This document shows, piece after piece, positions 61,477-64,000 of a DNA stretch of 64,000 nucleotides. The notes under the pieces were generated by a model. That model was not told the origin of the DNA and did not search any database. It saw nothing but the letters and a program-made list of their open reading frames with translations. Source of the DNA: a virus. The stretch is from positions 3,649 through 67,648 of IMG/VR virus record IMGVR_UViG_3300047333_000104; one strand, written 5' to 3'. Both the position numbers and the translations under genes were made by a program. Position 1 is the stretch's first letter; every line of letters begins with the position of its first letter.

Positions 61477-62228
61477 CCCAGAACTGGACGGACTTCTACC
61501 TCTCGATCCAGGCGTGCAACGCCGGCTATCTTATGGACGCCGACGCCGAGGCCGCCGCGTTCGACGAGATCGGCTGTTCGGTCGTTGCGCGGCTATCCGA
61601 CGCATCCGGGCAAGCAACGATATACCGAGATGCGCTTGGAACGCTTAACTTGCTCCCCTGCGGTACCCGTTTTTCGGAGGGTTCGCCGGACGAGCGCCTA
61701 GCGGACCTGCTGAAGGACCTGGAGATCGGGCTGACCTATCCATGGGCAGGCAGTGCGGCGGGAGTCTGGGATGGCGCGTTCAAAGACGCGCAGACAGTCG
61801 TTTCCTGGGCAACACCAGTCATTGGCTCGGAGCAGGTTCGCGTCCACGGGCATTCGCTCGGGGCGGGGGCGGCCACGCTGATCGCCAAGTGCGGGATGAT
61901 CCCCGAGGCGCAGATAATCGACTGCACCGTGTGGGAGAGCCCGAAGCAGGGAAACTCGGCGTTCTGGCGACGGACGGTCGGGGTCTGCACCGATAAGGTG
62001 CGGTACCTGGGGCATCAACTCGACGGGTTCTGGTTGAACTATCCGCCAGACCTCGTCTCGTCGTTACGCCACCCGCCGGATCTGGCGATTTGGTTGCATG
62101 ACGGAACGTGGAACCTGACGACTCCGGACACGATCGCCAACGATGGCTTGCTGATCGACCTGGCGGAACATTTCGGAGATCACGGGCCGACCTCGATCAT
62201 CCAGTCGGTCAAGGCGCTCTTAGCATGA
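61467..62228 (+). CDS. Class 3 lipase/esterase (alpha/beta hydrolase)
   Basis: GTR, VHGHSLGAG (GxSxG), WESPK.GN..F, D....YPP, terminal H. Confidence 0.82.
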   Translation: MDLAQNWTDFYLSIQACNAGYLMDADAEAAAFDEIGCSVVARLSDASGQATIYRDALGTLNLLPCGTRFSEGSPDERLADLLKDLEIGLTYPWAGSAAGVWDGAFKDAQTVVSWATPVIGSEQVRVHGHSLGAGAATLIAKCGMIPEAQIIDCTVWESPKQGNSAFWRRTVGVCTDKVRYLGHQLDGFWLNYPPDLVSSLRHPPDLAIWLHDGTWNLTTPDTIANDGLLIDLAEHFGDHGPTSIIQSVKALLA

Positions 62229-62416
62229 TGCCGACCGCGTGGCTACAGCACCAACGAGATTTAGCCATGGCGGCGTTCGTTGCCGGGCTGTCGATCGCGG
62301 ATTTCTGGGCGGCCATGACACTCAACATGCTTGACGCTGGAGTCCCGCGACCCGTCTTACGGCTCGTTGCTTGGCACGGCCATACTATCGACTCGGAGGG
62401 CTTCCAGAATGACTGA
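62225..62416 (+). CDS. Small hypothetical protein (63 aa)
   Basis: ATGA overlaps. Confidence 0.5.
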   Translation: MMPTAWLQHQRDLAMAAFVAGLSIADFWAAMTLNMLDAGVPRPVLRLVAWHGHTIDSEGFQND

Positions 62417-63020
62417 CACGACTTCCGTCCCGGCCCCTGCAGGCGAGCGCGAGATTAAGAGCACGATCATCGACGATACCTTCGATGAGATCCACACGCG
62501 GATTGATACGACGACGTTTCTCGCAACCAAACGGATGCTCGATGCGGCAGGGGTCCGCTGCTGCATCACGGGGCTTTCGCGCGAAGAGGCCAAAGAGTTC
62601 GGAGAGAACATCGAGGAGCACCATACGGGACTCGAATACAGCCTCCAGTTTGGCGTCAATTGGGACACCGTCAAAGCCGTCGCGCTCGGGCAGATCACTG
62701 AGTTACCGTGCCTGCATCCCAAGACGAGCTTGCCGCTGCCGGGGAAGACCGCACCCGCGAAAGGTTTCCTGTTCTTCTGGTTCCTAGAATGGACAAAAGC
62801 CCGAGGGTTCGACTGGAACGCTTTCGACCCGGCGAAACCCGAGACCTTCGTCGATAGCGTCCAGCAGATGATCCCGCTGATCACCAACGTCCATACTGGA
62901 GGGCACGGGGTGCACCGCCACAGTGCCCCCGTCTGGCTGTTCCTGATGTGGCCGCGGAAAGAGGGGTTCATTTACTTCCGCGACGAAGAGGGCACCCATG
63001 CAAGTAACGCCGCATCCTAA
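62409..63020 (+). CDS. HNH-like-fold hypothetical phage protein
   Basis: CCITG...IEEHH..LE, VDS...M..L...VH....GVH....PVW. Confidence 0.55.
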   Translation: MTDTTSVPAPAGEREIKSTIIDDTFDEIHTRIDTTTFLATKRMLDAAGVRCCITGLSREEAKEFGENIEEHHTGLEYSLQFGVNWDTVKAVALGQITELPCLHPKTSLPLPGKTAPAKGFLFFWFLEWTKARGFDWNAFDPAKPETFVDSVQQMIPLITNVHTGGHGVHRHSAPVWLFLMWPRKEGFIYFRDEEGTHASNAAS

Positions 63021-63714
63021 AACGGTCCAGAACCTAGATATGACAGCGGCAAAGTTAATCATCCCCGGAGAAAGATTTTATAAACTTTCGATTATCCGGG
63101 AGGTCTCCCCAGGCGTGAACAAACATCGCCGGGTTGAGGCAATCTGCGACTGCGGTAAAATAAAAACCTACGAGATGGCTGTTTTACGTGCGGGGAATAC
63201 GAAGTCCTGCGGATGCTACATAGGAAACAGGGGTCGCGCGACTAAGGGAAAAACCGCTTGGAATAAAGGAATACTCTTTTCCCAAGAATCTCGTACAAAA
63301 ATGGCGGCGGCCAAACAAGACAGAAAAAGACTACCATTCACTAGAGATACCCGAGAAAAATTAGCGGCGTCAAAAACCGGTTCCAAAAACCCCATGTTTG
63401 GGAAGACCGGAAACCAAAACCCTAACTGGCGCGGAGGATACCCTCCTCGGAAAATAGGCACGCGGTATCAAGAATGGCGCCTAGCCGTGCTGGCTAAAAA
63501 TATGAATACTTGCGTAGTATGCGGCAGCAACCAAAAATTACATGCGCACCATAGAAAGAGTTGGAGGGATTTTCCAAAGCTCCGGTACTTAGTTTGGAAC
63601 GGAGTTACTGTTTGCCAAACTTGCCACATTAAATACCACTCTCTTTTACCTAAGCCACCTCGCGGGACCAAGATTAGCGTGACTCACGCGCAGCAACAGC
63701 GGAAGGCTGCTTAA
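62998..63714 (+). CDS. HNH homing endonuclease with NUMOD-like repeats
   Basis: AT-rich; CDCG....L..G.TKSCGC, NPNWRGG, WR.AV.....TC..CG...LHAHH.K.W..FP.LR....NG.T.C..CH..YH; start may be 63040. Confidence 0.9.
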   Translation: MQVTPHPKTVQNLDMTAAKLIIPGERFYKLSIIREVSPGVNKHRRVEAICDCGKIKTYEMAVLRAGNTKSCGCYIGNRGRATKGKTAWNKGILFSQESRTKMAAAKQDRKRLPFTRDTREKLAASKTGSKNPMFGKTGNQNPNWRGGYPPRKIGTRYQEWRLAVLAKNMNTCVVCGSNQKLHAHHRKSWRDFPKLRYLVWNGVTVCQTCHIKYHSLLPKPPRGTKISVTHAQQQRKAA

Positions 63715-63730
63715 CGCGCAGTAGCCGCGA

Positions 63731-64000
63731 TCATGCGCCCGGCACCCGCCGATCCATACCGTCCCGCGAGACCCGATAAAGCACGTCGGTTATAAGCCCG
63801 AGCAACGACGCGGCCAGCGCACCCGGCTCGATGCTCTCCCGCGACAGGGCCGCGCTCAGCTGCTGCGGCGTCATCCCGTTCTGCAGGCAATGTGAGAGCA
63901 GCACGCACGCATCGTCGATTACGGCTTGATAGTCCGAACCAATCTTGGCGCCGTCCGCGAATACCTCAAGTGGCTTGCCGGATCGCGGGTCGAAGCCGAT
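63731..64000 (-). CDS. TSCPD/NrdJ-C-terminal-like small protein, 5' end outside window
   Basis: G.PLEVF..GAK.GSD......DA..LLS..LQ.G.....L...L.R. Confidence 0.55.
   Translation of the reverse strand: MGFDPRSGKPLEVFADGAKIGSDYQAVIDDACVLLSHCLQNGMTPQQLSAALSRESIEPGALAASLLGLITDVLYRVSRDGMDRRVPGA

Overview
This 64-kb window looks like part of a large, high-GC (about 60-65% by eye) contractile-tailed phage genome. Positions 1-5070 hold a leftward cluster of small early-type genes with repeated promoters and leaders, and a type II hammerhead ribozyme (3151-3204, minus strand). Next come a TerS-like gene, a structured and AT-rich non-coding block, and a rightward run of accessory ORFs (TylF methyltransferase, WYL fusion, DUF4031, SLOG). 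The terminase large subunit is split into separate ATPase (14441-15316) and nuclease (21203-22285) genes. The 5.9 kb between them encodes a papain-like/DUF4214 protein and a GT9 plus methyltransferase operon. A full SPO1/Twort(Herelle)-style morphogenesis module follows: portal, protease, scaffold, major capsid protein, neck, sheath, tube, tape measure with SLT domain, hub, spike, baseplate wedge and J proteins, and fibres. It carries two free-standing homing endonucleases, and a third HNH lies downstream of the Gram-negative-type lysis cassette with its lipase. The host is probably an alphaproteobacterium (inference). The best candidate for a new system is virion O-glycosylation. A 1269-aa flagellin-glycosyltransferase-like GT4/GT2 enzyme and several sugar-tailoring enzymes co-occur with a strong Ser-Gly enrichment concentrated in predicted surface-exposed virion domains. 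All family assignments come from motif recognition by eye, with no database search. Many start codons were re-called from the ribosome-binding site.
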